From Gaiellales bacterium (lineage in GTDB: Bacteria; Actinomycetota; Thermoleophilia; Gaiellales; SKUG01): 64,000 nucleotides of DNA. Within the stretch, counting starts at the first letter, position 1. The number at the start of each line of letters is the position of its first letter. Of this stretch, positions 38,713-48,177 are shown one piece after another. The translations under genes and the position numbers were made by a program. The stretch is from the NCBI GenBank assembly GCA_038212015.1, contig JBBQUY010000002.1:7313-71312 (forward strand), written 5' to 3'. The notes beneath the pieces are model-generated. The model saw only the letters and a program-made list of their open reading frames with translations, had not been told where the DNA came from and ran no database searches.

Positions 38713-39903
38713 CTACCCCATTCCTACGCGCTGTGCGCGCTGGTGATGCTTGCCTTCGGTCTGGATGGCCGGGGCGAGCACGATCTCCGCCTTCTGGAAC
38801 TCGCTGATCGTCTGGTAGCCGCACGTCGCCATCGAGGTGCGCAGCGCACCCATCAGGTTGAGCGTCCCGTCGTTCTCGTGCGCGGGGCCGATCACGATTT
38901 CCTCGAGCGTGCCCGCCTGCTCGACCTGCACCCGGGCACCCCGTGGCAGCGACGGGTGGAACGTCGCCATGCCCCAGTGGAAGCCCTTGCCGGGCGCCTC
39001 GTGCGCGCGTGCGAGTGGTGAACCGATCATCACGGCGTCGGCACCGCACGCGATTGCCTTGGAGATGTCGCCACCGGTTCGCATGCCGCCGTCGGCGATC
39101 ACCGCGACGCGTTCGCCGGTCTCGAGCAGGTGCTGCGCACGTGCGCCGGCGACGTCGGAGATCGCGGTCGCCTGCGGCACGCCCACGCCGAGCACGCCGC
39201 GCGTGGTGCACGCAGCTCCCGGGCCCACGCCGACGAGCACCGCGGCCGCTCCAGTTCGCATGAGGTGCAGCGCCGACTGGTACGACGCGCAGCCGCCGAC
39301 GATGACGGGCACGTCGATCTGCGGAATGAACGACTTGAGGTCGAGCGTGGTGCCATGCGTGGAGACGTGCTCGGCGCTGACGACGGTGCCCTGGATGACG
39401 AGCACGTCGAGTCCCGCGGCGAGCACCGCGTCCGCATACTTCTCGACGCGCTGCGGGGTGAGCGACGCGGCCGTGACGATGCCGGCGTCCTTCATCTCCC
39501 TGATGCGCGCGACCATCAGGTCGGCATCGATCGGAGCTGCGTACAGCTCCTGCATCCGAGCGGTGGCCTCGCCGGTGGGCAGGCCCGCGATCTCCGCGCA
39601 GCGGTCCTCGGCGTCCTCGTAGCGACTGAACAGCCCCTCGAGGTTGAGCACCGCGAGGCCGCCCAGCTTGCCGAGCGCGATGGCAGTTCGCGGCGACACG
39701 ACGCCGTCCATTGCACTCGCGAGCAGCGGCAGGTCGAGCTGGATCTCACCGAGGCGCCACGTGAGGTCGACGTCCTCGGGATCGCGGGTTCGACGCCCGG
39801 GCACGATCGCCACGTCGTCGAACCCATAGGCCTGTCGTGCCTTCTTGCCTCGACCGATCTCGACGTCCACGCATGCCTCCGGTGCTGCTTGGGACGATCG
39901 CAC
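38713..39903 (-). CDS. guaB3: IMP dehydrogenase family protein lacking CBS domains (GuaB3-like)
   Basis: TIM-barrel IMPDH signatures (GIGPGSICTTR-like GVGPGAACTTR). 396 aa with no CBS insert. Its stop is 3 nt before the guaA start. Confidence 0.8.
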   Translation of the reverse strand: MRSSQAAPEACVDVEIGRGKKARQAYGFDDVAIVPGRRTRDPEDVDLTWRLGEIQLDLPLLASAMDGVVSPRTAIALGKLGGLAVLNLEGLFSRYEDAEDRCAEIAGLPTGEATARMQELYAAPIDADLMVARIREMKDAGIVTAASLTPQRVEKYADAVLAAGLDVLVIQGTVVSAEHVSTHGTTLDLKSFIPQIDVPVIVGGCASYQSALHLMRTGAAAVLVGVGPGAACTTRGVLGVGVPQATAISDVAGARAQHLLETGERVAVIADGGMRTGGDISKAIACGADAVMIGSPLARAHEAPGKGFHWGMATFHPSLPRGARVQVEQAGTLEEIVIGPAHENDGTLNLMGALRTSMATCGYQTISEFQKAEIVLAPAIQTEGKHHQRAQRVGMG

Positions 39904-40053
39904 CTGCGGTCCTGCGGAGGGAATCCGGCTGCCGAAAGGGATCGCGTGGCCGCTCGTCCTTTCACCGGGACACTATCGCGCGGGGACGACGGCATGTGTG
40001 CCAGCTCCGGTGAGGGGTCGATCCGGCGGGGCGCATCGGCTATCGTGTGCTCG

Positions 40054-40392
40054 ATGAGTCCGCTGGTCACCACGATCGACGAAGGCCCGAACCCGACCGG
40101 GGCGACGCGTGCCGCCGGCCCGACCATCATCATCATCTTCAACGAGAAGAGCGGTCCGGCGCAGGTCGCGGAGATCATCTCCAACAAGCACTCGTTCATC
40201 GAGACGGAGATGTGGGAGACCGTCGACGAGCAGGATCGCCCGGCGTTTCTGCTCACGGTGGTCTGCGAGACCGCTACTGCCGAGCAGCTGCTCGACCTGG
40301 TCGGGTCGCGCCTGCCTGACTACATCCAGGCGCGCCGCTTCCCGCCGTCGCGCATGGAACTCGTGCGCCGCACCGGCACGCGCATCTCCTGA
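40054..40392 (+). CDS. Hypothetical protein (112 aa)
   Basis: ATG 40054. The earlier part of the long track ORF is antisense to guaB3. No motif recognized. Confidence 0.4.
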   Translation: MSPLVTTIDEGPNPTGATRAAGPTIIIIFNEKSGPAQVAEIISNKHSFIETEMWETVDEQDRPAFLLTVVCETATAEQLLDLVGSRLPDYIQARRFPPSRMELVRRTGTRIS

Positions 40393-40513
40393 CGCGGTAC
40401 CCACGCGTCGTGCTGTTCACGGGGATCGCCACGCGAGCCGACCGTGAGTGCAGCGAGGCCGTCATGGATGCACGTCTGGCTGCAGTCACGGTGCGCGACG
40501 GGCGAGGCGCGGC

Positions 40514-41383
40514 TCAGCGTTCCGCGAGCAGCTGCGCGACCACGTCGATCGCGAAGGCGACGGCCACCGGGCCGAGCAGCGTGAGCAGCAGCAGCTGCAG
40601 GCGTGTCATCCCGACCTCGTCGAGCAGCGCGTCGATGCGATCGGCGATCGAGCCGGCTCGGCGACGGATCCGTGTGAGGAGCCCTGACGGCACGGGCACC
40701 CACGACGACGGCAGTCCTGACTGCGGATCGTCGAGCGAGCCGGTGCCACCCTCGCCGCCCTGGCCCTCGTCGGTGCCGGCACCGGTGCCGTCGAGCGGGT
40801 CGACGATCGCACCGGTGGCGGGGTCGAGCGACAGGATCGGACCGATCGGCGGTGGCGGCGGCTGGCGCAGCAACAGCAGTGACGGATCGACGCGTGGTGC
40901 GTCGGGCGCGTCCGACTCGCCCGCACGCGACCCGGCAGCCGACTGATCGGCAGCGTCCGGTCGCAACGCGGCGAGGCGGCTGCTGATCGAGGCGAGCATC
41001 GTCGACAGCTGGCTCGACAGCAGCTGAAGCAGGGAATCGCCGCGCGCGGGAGGCGTGGCATCTCCAAGCATGCCCGCCAGCGCGGCAAGCGCGGGATCGG
41101 GCAGCACGGCAGGGCGAGTGGCCGCTCCCACCGCTCCACCGCCGGCCACGGGCGCTCGGCCACAGTCATGCGCGACCGCTCCAGGAACCGGCTTGGCGAA
41201 CGAATCACGACCGGCCTGCGGCGCGGCGCCTGGACGACTCTGACTGCCCGACTGACGCGTCGCTCCGTCGCCCGCGCGTGGAACGAGCGGGGGAACGTGG
41301 CTTGCGGAGGTCGCCGCGGCCAGACGTGCGGCTGCCGCCAACGACGTGGCGCAGCTGACACCGTTCGAACCATGCATCCCCAT
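40514..41383 (-). CDS. Pro/Ala-rich low-complexity protein with C-terminal TM anchor, hypothetical
   Basis: High GC3 in the minus frame. C-terminal LQLLLLTLLGPVAVAFAIDVVAQLLA. Start uncertain. Confidence 0.3.
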   Translation of the reverse strand: MGMHGSNGVSCATSLAAAARLAAATSASHVPPLVPRAGDGATRQSGSQSRPGAAPQAGRDSFAKPVPGAVAHDCGRAPVAGGGAVGAATRPAVLPDPALAALAGMLGDATPPARGDSLLQLLSSQLSTMLASISSRLAALRPDAADQSAAGSRAGESDAPDAPRVDPSLLLLRQPPPPPIGPILSLDPATGAIVDPLDGTGAGTDEGQGGEGGTGSLDDPQSGLPSSWVPVPSGLLTRIRRRAGSIADRIDALLDEVGMTRLQLLLLTLLGPVAVAFAIDVVAQLLAER

Positions 41384-41493
41384 GCGGCCCCTCCCCGTAC
41401 GCGCATGGCCCTCCGCCGCGCGCGCGTCCTTCAGGACCAGTGGATCCCGAGTCGGGCGACTCGGCAAGGGGGAACCGTCCGGGGAGTGGGCCG

Positions 41494-41787
41494 TCAGGTG
41501 GCCGTCGGCGCTGCAGGGGGCAGGTCGCCGCGCTCGCGGGCGATGGGGATGTGCAGGTAGAAGATCGCGTCGGCGAGCTCCGCGGCTGCCTCGTCTGCGA
41601 GCTGTTCGGTCGACTTCCAGTAGGTGGAGTCGCCGTACTCGTGGACCCCGACCGTGTCGAACGCGCGCTCGAACCCGAGTTCGACGAGTTCGGCGATGCG
41701 GCCACGCAGCACCTCGACGAGCCGCTGGGCGGCCTCGTCGGCGTGGAGTCGGTACAGCTCACGCTGCTGGTCGAGCGAAATGCGCAT
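41494..41787 (-). CDS. MazG/HisE-like all-alpha NTP pyrophosphohydrolase family protein (putative)
   Basis: 97 aa. The pattern EAAAELADAIFYLHIPIARERGDL resembles the EExxE/D metal-binding helix of MazG/HisE. Weak RBS. Confidence 0.4.
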   Translation of the reverse strand: MRISLDQQRELYRLHADEAAQRLVEVLRGRIAELVELGFERAFDTVGVHEYGDSTYWKSTEQLADEAAAELADAIFYLHIPIARERGDLPPAAPTAT

Positions 41788-41971
41788 TGCGGCGACGACC
41801 GTACCAGCGGCGTCGGAAACCCCCATGTCCGCGGCGCGGAGCAGGCCGCGTGCTGGCCGTCCGTTCCGAGATCGTCGCCTTTTCGGCGTACGTGCGTGGA
41901 ATCGGGGGCTTCTCGATCCGGCCGAGCAGTGGTACAACCGAGTCAGGACACCCACCACCGGGGGAACACCA

Positions 41972-42610
41972 ATGCGCGTTCGACGCTCGACATTCCTGAT
42001 TGCCACGCTGGTTGCCGCGACGATGTCGCTGGCATACGCAGGCGCCGCGCTGGCCGATGCCGGCAGCGGCGACACGAGCACCGCGGGCTCCGAAACGACC
42101 ACCGACACGAAGACTCCGGTCGACACGAGCACGAAGCCGCCCGCGGACACGAGCACCAAGGTGCCGGTCGACACGAGCACGAAGCCGCCCGTCACCACCT
42201 CGGCTCCCGTGACCGAAACTCCCGCACCCGTGACAGAGGCGCCCACGACGCCCGTCGTGACGTGTTCCGACACGTCGACGTGCACCCCGGACACGCCCCA
42301 GCAGCCCGAACTGCCGGTGGAGCCGACCTGTGCGGACCGGCCCGACGCGGCTGACTGCATTCCGAACACGCCGGCTGAGCGAACGCCGCAGGCGCCCGGT
42401 GGTGGCGATGCGCAGCTGCCGTTCACCGGTCCCGGCGATGTCGTGCTGGCGATCGTCCTGGCACTGCTTGCCGGATCCGGCGGCATCCTGTTCATGTTCG
42501 GTGCCGCGGGCCGCGAGCAGCTCGATACGCTCAACCGCCGCAGCATGGACTCGCCTTCCGGGTTCCACCTCGCGTATCGTGAGCTGCGCAAGGATCAGCT
42601 GGATCGCTGA
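41972..42610 (+). CDS. LPXTG-type surface protein with Thr/Pro-rich tandem repeats
   Basis: Signal peptide MRVRRSTFLIATLVAATMSLAYAGAALA. Three copies of a 24-nt unit (PVDTSTKP). C-terminal LPFTG plus a hydrophobic segment. Confidence 0.65.
   Translation: MRVRRSTFLIATLVAATMSLAYAGAALADAGSGDTSTAGSETTTDTKTPVDTSTKPPADTSTKVPVDTSTKPPVTTSAPVTETPAPVTEAPTTPVVTCSDTSTCTPDTPQQPELPVEPTCADRPDAADCIPNTPAERTPQAPGGGDAQLPFTGPGDVVLAIVLALLAGSGGILFMFGAAGREQLDTLNRRSMDSPSGFHLAYRELRKDQLDR
42122..42193 (+). repeat. Three tandem 24-nt repeats (gacacgagcacSaaggYgccSgYS), each encoding a DTST(K)(P/V)(P)x octapeptide (DTSTKPPA, DTSTKVPV, DTSTKPPV)
   Basis: Seen directly in the sequence, inside the LPXTG gene. Confidence 0.6.
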
Positions 42611-42651
42611 GCCATCCGGCTCGCGGTCGCCACGGCGGGAGCGAGCACGCG

Positions 42652-42903
42652 ATGACGGCAGCGGGACATGGTGAAGACGGCTCCGTGCCACCTCCGCCGG
42701 TGCGTTCGACGCGGCCTGAGCCGGACCTTCCGCGTGAGCTGGTGGCCGCGCTGACGGCCGCGCCCGACGCCCGTGAGCGCTTCGACCAGCTCGCACCGTC
42801 GCATCGTCGTGAATACGTACGATGGGTCGCAGAGGCGCGCCGAGAAGACACACGCGAGCGTCGCGCTGCACAGACGGTGATGCGGCTGCTCGAGCAGCGC
42901 TGA
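42652..42903 (+). CDS. YdeI/OmpD-associated family small protein
   Basis: LPRELVAALTAAPDARERFDQLAPSHRREYVRWVAEARREDTRERRAAQTV matches the YdeI_OmpD-associated pattern. Confidence 0.55.
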   Translation: MTAAGHGEDGSVPPPPVRSTRPEPDLPRELVAALTAAPDARERFDQLAPSHRREYVRWVAEARREDTRERRAAQTVMRLLEQR

Positions 42904-42922
42904 TCAAGTAGGATTCGGGGTC

Positions 42923-43804
42923 ATGCCGCCCCGCTCTCGCACCCTTGCCACAACGTCCCAGGACGTCGAGCAGCGACTGGTCGACCTCGCACATCCGCTC
43001 CTGGATTCAGTGCTCGTGCGGGTTCGACGCGGACGAAGAACGCGGCACGTCCGCCTCCACGTCGACGAGCAGGGTGCCGTCACTGCCTCGATTCCTGCAC
43101 GCTTCGCCGCAGCGCGTCTCGATCCGATCGTGCGCGAGCGTGCCGACTGGCTGCACGACGTGCTCACGCGCATGGAGCAGAAGTCGCGTGACACCCAGGT
43201 CGACCTGGATCGCGGCGATCCCGTGCGGTGGCTCGGTCGCTGGATCCCGACCACACTGGAGCGTGGCGGCCGTCGCCCGATCGTGCGGCTCGAGGATGAT
43301 CGGCTGATGCTTCGCGTCCCCGAAGGCGAGGACGCCTACGACGCGCTCGTGGCGTGGTATCGACGCGAGGCACGCGGGATCTTCGAGGAGCGCGTCGACG
43401 CGTGGTCCGAGCTGTTCGGGCTGACGCCCGGCAAGGTGAGCATCCGCGAGCAGCGCACCCGCTGGGGCTCCTGCACCCACAAGGGTGACCTGTCGTTCAA
43501 CTGGCGGCTCGTGCTCGCACCGGAATGGGTGCTCGACTCGATCGTCGTACACGAGCTGTGTCACATCGAAGAACTCAACCACTCCTCGCGATTCTGGGCG
43601 CTGCTCGACGAGCGGTTCCCCGAGCACGAGGCTGCGAGCGAATGGCTGCGCGACCATGGCGCGGCACTGCGCGTGACCCGCCCCGCCCCGCCCCGCTTTG
43701 CGCAGGACGTGACGTCGACTGGTGAGCCGTCACGGCCAGGTCGGCGTCGTCGCGGACTGGATCATCCCGTCGAGGATGGCCAGATCACGCTGTTCGGACC
43801 CTGA
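42923..43804 (+). CDS. YgjP-like M48-family metallohydrolase (DUF45)
   Basis: RWGSCTHKGDLSFNWRLVLAPEWVLDSIVVHELCHIEELNHSSRFW matches the DUF45 signature, including HExxH. Confidence 0.7.
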   Translation: MPPRSRTLATTSQDVEQRLVDLAHPLLDSVLVRVRRGRRTRHVRLHVDEQGAVTASIPARFAAARLDPIVRERADWLHDVLTRMEQKSRDTQVDLDRGDPVRWLGRWIPTTLERGGRRPIVRLEDDRLMLRVPEGEDAYDALVAWYRREARGIFEERVDAWSELFGLTPGKVSIREQRTRWGSCTHKGDLSFNWRLVLAPEWVLDSIVVHELCHIEELNHSSRFWALLDERFPEHEAASEWLRDHGAALRVTRPAPPRFAQDVTSTGEPSRPGRRRRGLDHPVEDGQITLFGP

Positions 43805-43819
43805 CCCGGCCTGACGTGC

Positions 43820-46351
43820 CTACCAGGTGAGCTGCTCGGCATCGCTCGCGCGAGCCGCGCGATGGGCATCCTCGAGCGAGGCGACCCACGCGTCGACCGG
43901 CGAGCTGGCGTAGACGCTCGGATCGGCGGGCCCGGGGTCGCGGTACTCCGCACGCAACGACGTTCGCCGCGCGATCTCCGCCTCGAAGTTGGCGAACACC
44001 TCGTCGAGACCACTGCGTACCGACGCCGGGACAGTGTCGCCGGCGATCTCGTCGACGGTCGCGATGCGCATGCGCAGCTCCTCGATCTGGTCGACGATGC
44101 GAATGCGCTCCCGATCGTAGGGGGGCATGTCGGCCAGCGAGTCGAGGTAGGAGCGAACGGACGCACCTCGACGAGCGGCGACGGCCAGTCGATCGGCGGC
44201 GGTCTCCGGAAGCGGTCCGTCCGCGAACATCGCCCAGGCCTGCAGGCCGGATGCGATGCTGCTCGCGCGATTCATCCCAGGGTTGGTGTTGTAGCCGGAC
44301 ACCGTCACGTTGAGCTGCCGGTCAAGGTTGAGCGACCCCGTCCGCTGGATCTCATCGCGAATGCGGATGACGTCGATGGCGACATCGTCCGGCATGCGCC
44401 ACGTCGGGCCCAGCGACTGATATTCGGTCATCGCTCGTTCCAGCAGCGCACGTTTTTCGTCGGGGTCCTTGACGTTGGAGATGTTGTGGAGCAGCTCATG
44501 CGTCAGCGTCGCGCGGCGGGCGGCGTCATCGATGTGTTCGGCGGATGTTGCGCCGGCGGCGGGAACCGTCAGTGCATCGAGCTCGCGGACGAGCCAGCGA
44601 GTTCGCGCTTCGGCGGCCTGGGCCGGACGGGCGCTCGGCGTGATGGCGCGCAGACCCCCGTCATCCCCGAACTGGCTGGCTCGGGCGGCGAGCTCGGTGC
44701 GGTAGTCACGGGTTGCGGCGAGCAGGTTTCCGAGCTCAAAGTCGCCCGGGCGACGTCCGGCAGCGGGATCGACACGGTCCAGGTGGCCGCGGAGGTTGGA
44801 GACCTGGGTCTCGAGGAGGCTGGCGGTCCTTTCGCCTACGAGGGCCGATGTGCCGAGCGCGCCGTCGGCCCGTGCCACCATGTCGGCTGTTGCCTCGCGA
44901 AGTCCGGGTTCGTCGAGGTATCGCTCGTCGGGAACCCAGCGGCTCTTGGTGATCTGCGAGTCCATCGCCGTTCCGATGAGCTCGACCTCGTCGAGCAGTT
45001 TCACGGCCTCCTGCATGTCCCGAGTCTGCGCCGCGTCCACCGGATGCGGCTTGATGCGTGGCAGATGCTCCACGAAGGCGGTCCGGGCTCGCGTACCGAC
45101 GTCGCCAGCGAGGAGGCCGCGCATCACGTCGAGATCGATTCGTTCGCCGGGGCGCGCGAGCACTTCCTGGATCTCCTCGCCGATCTCCGTGCCGGCGCGC
45201 AGCAGGTGCGGCTCGTTCGTGACGGTGGCGAGGTGGGCCTGCAGGCTTCGGATGTGGTCGAGCGTGCTGGTCATCAGCCTCGAGTCGCCTGATGCGAACC
45301 GGTCCCGCGAGGTGTTGGCGAGGCGAGCGCCGGCAGACACCCAGTCCCGAGCCAGGAACGCCGTGTCTCGCATGCTGTCGGGCGCGTCGGCGAGGAGCTG
45401 GTCGATCCGCGTCACGTCTTCCGATGCGCGGTCGAGTTTCTGTCGAGCCGCGATGAACGCGTCCCTGAACGGCTTGTCGTACGGATCAGCGGAACCCACC
45501 GCGACCTGGAGCGCCTCGTACGTCGCGGCGTGCTGCTCGAGGGCAGCGTCGGCGTGCGCGAGCACGGCCGCGTCATCGGCGAGTGACGCGAGACGCGGTG
45601 CGGTGGGCAGGGTGGCGCGGGCGGCATGTTCGGTGGCGATCGACCGGGCGCGGTTGGAGACGAGCATGCGCTCGGCCCATGAATCTGACGTCGGTGCCGT
45701 GGTCGGACCGAGGCCGCGCACGTGGTCGACCATCTCGCCCGCATCGCGGATGACCCGGTCGTACTCGGCCTTGGATGCGGTGCCCTGGCGCGCGGCCTGG
45801 AGGCGGGTCACGAGCGGATCGCCTGCTTCGTCGACCATGCCGGAGTCGCGGAGCTGCTCCATCGGTGCCGCCATCGCCCGCCGCACGGTCCCGAGGTGCT
45901 CCGAGCGCGTGCCCCGACTCATGCTGATGCCGAATGGACGGTCATCGATGATCGCCTTGGCCGATCGCAGCTGGTCGTTCGCGTCGAGCAGCAGGTGTCG
46001 TCGGATGACGTCGGCAGCGCCATCGACCGCGTCGAGCCCGCCCTGGGAGACGACATGGTCGACCCCGCCGAGCTCGTGGACCGCGCGCGTGACCGCGCTC
46101 AGATGGCCGAGCTGCGAGCGCGCGGTGGCGAGCTGCGGAAGGTTCAGGTCATAGGGAAGGTAGAAGCTGCGCAGTTCGCCGCCGAATCCCGATGGCATCG
46201 CGGCAGCCAGCTGCGTGGTGGCGTCGCTGACGGCCCCGGTGATCAGCCGTGTGTCGGTCGGGTTGGCGCCACCGGTTCCGGACGCCAGAATTCGATCCAC
46301 CACGCGCACTGCGTCGTCGATGCGTGACGCTGCTCCAAGCAGGTCGGTCAT
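43820..46351 (-). CDS. Large alpha-helical hypothetical protein (843 aa) with an HELLH motif
   Basis: Uninterrupted high-GC3 ORF. LTHELLHNIS with E 18 residues downstream suggests a zincin-like site. No signal peptide or TM. Confidence 0.6.
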   Translation of the reverse strand: MTDLLGAASRIDDAVRVVDRILASGTGGANPTDTRLITGAVSDATTQLAAAMPSGFGGELRSFYLPYDLNLPQLATARSQLGHLSAVTRAVHELGGVDHVVSQGGLDAVDGAADVIRRHLLLDANDQLRSAKAIIDDRPFGISMSRGTRSEHLGTVRRAMAAPMEQLRDSGMVDEAGDPLVTRLQAARQGTASKAEYDRVIRDAGEMVDHVRGLGPTTAPTSDSWAERMLVSNRARSIATEHAARATLPTAPRLASLADDAAVLAHADAALEQHAATYEALQVAVGSADPYDKPFRDAFIAARQKLDRASEDVTRIDQLLADAPDSMRDTAFLARDWVSAGARLANTSRDRFASGDSRLMTSTLDHIRSLQAHLATVTNEPHLLRAGTEIGEEIQEVLARPGERIDLDVMRGLLAGDVGTRARTAFVEHLPRIKPHPVDAAQTRDMQEAVKLLDEVELIGTAMDSQITKSRWVPDERYLDEPGLREATADMVARADGALGTSALVGERTASLLETQVSNLRGHLDRVDPAAGRRPGDFELGNLLAATRDYRTELAARASQFGDDGGLRAITPSARPAQAAEARTRWLVRELDALTVPAAGATSAEHIDDAARRATLTHELLHNISNVKDPDEKRALLERAMTEYQSLGPTWRMPDDVAIDVIRIRDEIQRTGSLNLDRQLNVTVSGYNTNPGMNRASSIASGLQAWAMFADGPLPETAADRLAVAARRGASVRSYLDSLADMPPYDRERIRIVDQIEELRMRIATVDEIAGDTVPASVRSGLDEVFANFEAEIARRTSLRAEYRDPGPADPSVYASSPVDAWVASLEDAHRAARASDAEQLTW

Positions 46352-46445
46352 GCCGGTGTTCCCCCAACGGATCGCTCGCGCGCGCCAATCCCCCGAACGG
46401 CACGCGCTCCCTCGTCAGACCATCGACTGCCGCCGGTCCGGCGTT

Positions 46446-47114
46446 TCAGCGGCCGTGGCGCACGACGAGCACGTGCGCTTCGCCGTCGGTGTGGGGCGTG
46501 GCCACGGCGCCGAGCTCGTCGAACTCACGGACGAGATCGTCAAGCGGGCGCGAGATCGGCGTCGTTCCGTTGCGGGAGTACACGATCAGCAACCGTCCCT
46601 TGCGGCCGAGCACGCGCAGCAGCTCTTCCGGATCGAGCAGCCCGTCGAGCGCCGTGACGAGGTCGAACGCACCGTCCTCGAACGGCAGCACGTGCACCGA
46701 TGCCACCTGGAACGTCGCATTCGGCACGAGCTCGCCGGCCAGCTCGACCATGCGCGGGGAGATGTCGGCGCCGATCACCTTCACGTCCGGCCAGCGCGCC
46801 AGCACGAACGACGCGGCAAGGCCGGTGCCGCAGGCGATGTCGAGCACTCGACGCGGTCGGAACCCACGCGGCAGGTGGTCGAGCCCTTCGTCGAATCCCG
46901 CGCGATACGTGGGATCGTTGCGGATGCGCTCCCAGTCGGGCGAGAGCGAATCGAAGAGCATGCGAAAGCCGCGTTCAGCGACGGGGCGCACCACCGGGAT
47001 CGTCGAGGCACGCATCAGCACGTTCACGCCCGCGCGTCGCGTGCTCGCGAGCGCGCTCGTGCGTGCGCGCGCGAGCGGAGCGGGAAGTCCGGGCAGCGGC
47101 AGTCGCGGGACCAT
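46446..47114 (-). CDS. Class I SAM-dependent methyltransferase
   Basis: Motif I VLDIACGTG, plus DLVTAL. 222 aa. Confidence 0.75.
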   Translation of the reverse strand: MVPRLPLPGLPAPLARARTSALASTRRAGVNVLMRASTIPVVRPVAERGFRMLFDSLSPDWERIRNDPTYRAGFDEGLDHLPRGFRPRRVLDIACGTGLAASFVLARWPDVKVIGADISPRMVELAGELVPNATFQVASVHVLPFEDGAFDLVTALDGLLDPEELLRVLGRKGRLLIVYSRNGTTPISRPLDDLVREFDELGAVATPHTDGEAHVLVVRHGR

Positions 47115-47117
47115 CGG

Positions 47118-47606
47118 TCAGGCGAGCCCGAGTTCCGTGCGGAGCCAGTCGAGGTGCTTGGCGGGCCGGATCTTGCGGGCGATCGCCTGCACGGTGCCGT
47201 CGGCGTCGATGATCACGGTGCTGCGCTCCATGCCCATGTACTTCTTGCCGTAGAGCGACTTCTCGACCCAGAAGCCGAAGGCGTTCGCGAGCTCCAGTTC
47301 GTCGTCCACGAGCAGGTGGAACGGCAGGTCGTACCTGGCGCGGAATTTCTGGTGCCGTGCAGCGTCATCCTTGCTCACGCCGTAGACGACGAGGTCGTCG
47401 ACCGCCTCGAACTCGCCCCAGGAATCCCGGATCGCGCAGGCCTGCGTCGTGCAGCCGGGCGTGTCGTCCTTGGGATAGAAGTACAGCACCACCCGTGATC
47501 CGCGCAGGCCGCGCAGCGCGACCTCGGTTCCCTGGTCATCGGTGAGCGTCAGGTCCGGCGCGGGCTGGCCGACGTCGATGGGAGCAGCAGCTGAGGTCTC
47601 GGTCAT
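47118..47606 (-). CDS. bcp: Thiol peroxidase Bcp (peroxiredoxin)
   Basis: The FYPKDDTPGCT peroxidatic Cys motif. 162 aa. Confidence 0.85.
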   Translation of the reverse strand: MTETSAAAPIDVGQPAPDLTLTDDQGTEVALRGLRGSRVVLYFYPKDDTPGCTTQACAIRDSWGEFEAVDDLVVYGVSKDDAARHQKFRARYDLPFHLLVDDELELANAFGFWVEKSLYGKKYMGMERSTVIIDADGTVQAIARKIRPAKHLDWLRTELGLA

Positions 47607-47616
47607 GGTCGCGAGA

Positions 47617-48141
47617 TTATCGAGCGGCGACGATGACCGCGCGTGCGGCGTCGACTACCGGCAGCAACGCAGGGTTGGCGAACAAGTCGCCGATGCTCGT
47701 TCGAACGGGCACGATCCAGCTGCCATCGCGATCCTGGTACGGGCGAAGGTTGCCGACGTCGTCGGGGCGTTCGGCGTAGCGCAGGTGAAGCGTCGCGTAG
47801 CTGCCGGGGGCAGAGTCGCCGCCGCGGACCTTCGCGAGGTCAAGCGACGTGAGGCTCGCCTGCAGCGCGGCGACGGCGCTGCTGATCGCCGGTGAGGCAG
47901 ACGCCGATCGGGTCGTGTGCCAGTCGTCCGGATGACTCGGTTCGGGAACGGGGCCATCCCAGAGCGGGTCGAACACGTCAACCGTGGCAGCCACACGAGC
48001 GTCAGGCGCGGTGAAGCCCACGTCGAGGCGCTCGGAGCGGCGCATGCCGGTCGACGGTCGCGCCCAGTCGAGGGCGGTGGAGACGTTGACGGTCACGCCC
48101 GTCGGGGCTGCAACGCGGGGCGCGGCGGGGGAAAGCTGCAC
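47617..48141 (-). CDS. Hypothetical protein (174 aa)
   Basis: High-GC3 ORF directly upstream of bcp on the same strand. Confidence 0.45.
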   Translation of the reverse strand: MQLSPAAPRVAAPTGVTVNVSTALDWARPSTGMRRSERLDVGFTAPDARVAATVDVFDPLWDGPVPEPSHPDDWHTTRSASASPAISSAVAALQASLTSLDLAKVRGGDSAPGSYATLHLRYAERPDDVGNLRPYQDRDGSWIVPVRTSIGDLFANPALLPVVDAARAVIVAAR

Positions 48142-48177
48142 GAATGTTCCTTCGGGGGAGGGGCGTAGGCGGGGATG

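Noticed and set aside
39130-40053. 5' portion of the 420-aa plus ORF
   Set aside because: Antisense to guaB3. The plausible protein starts at ATG 40054.
41494-42591. 365-aa minus ORF antisense to the LPXTG gene
   Set aside because: Only the first 97 codons (41494-41787) lie outside the LPXTG gene and look protein-like. The remainder is S/T/G/V-rich mirror translation of the repeat protein.
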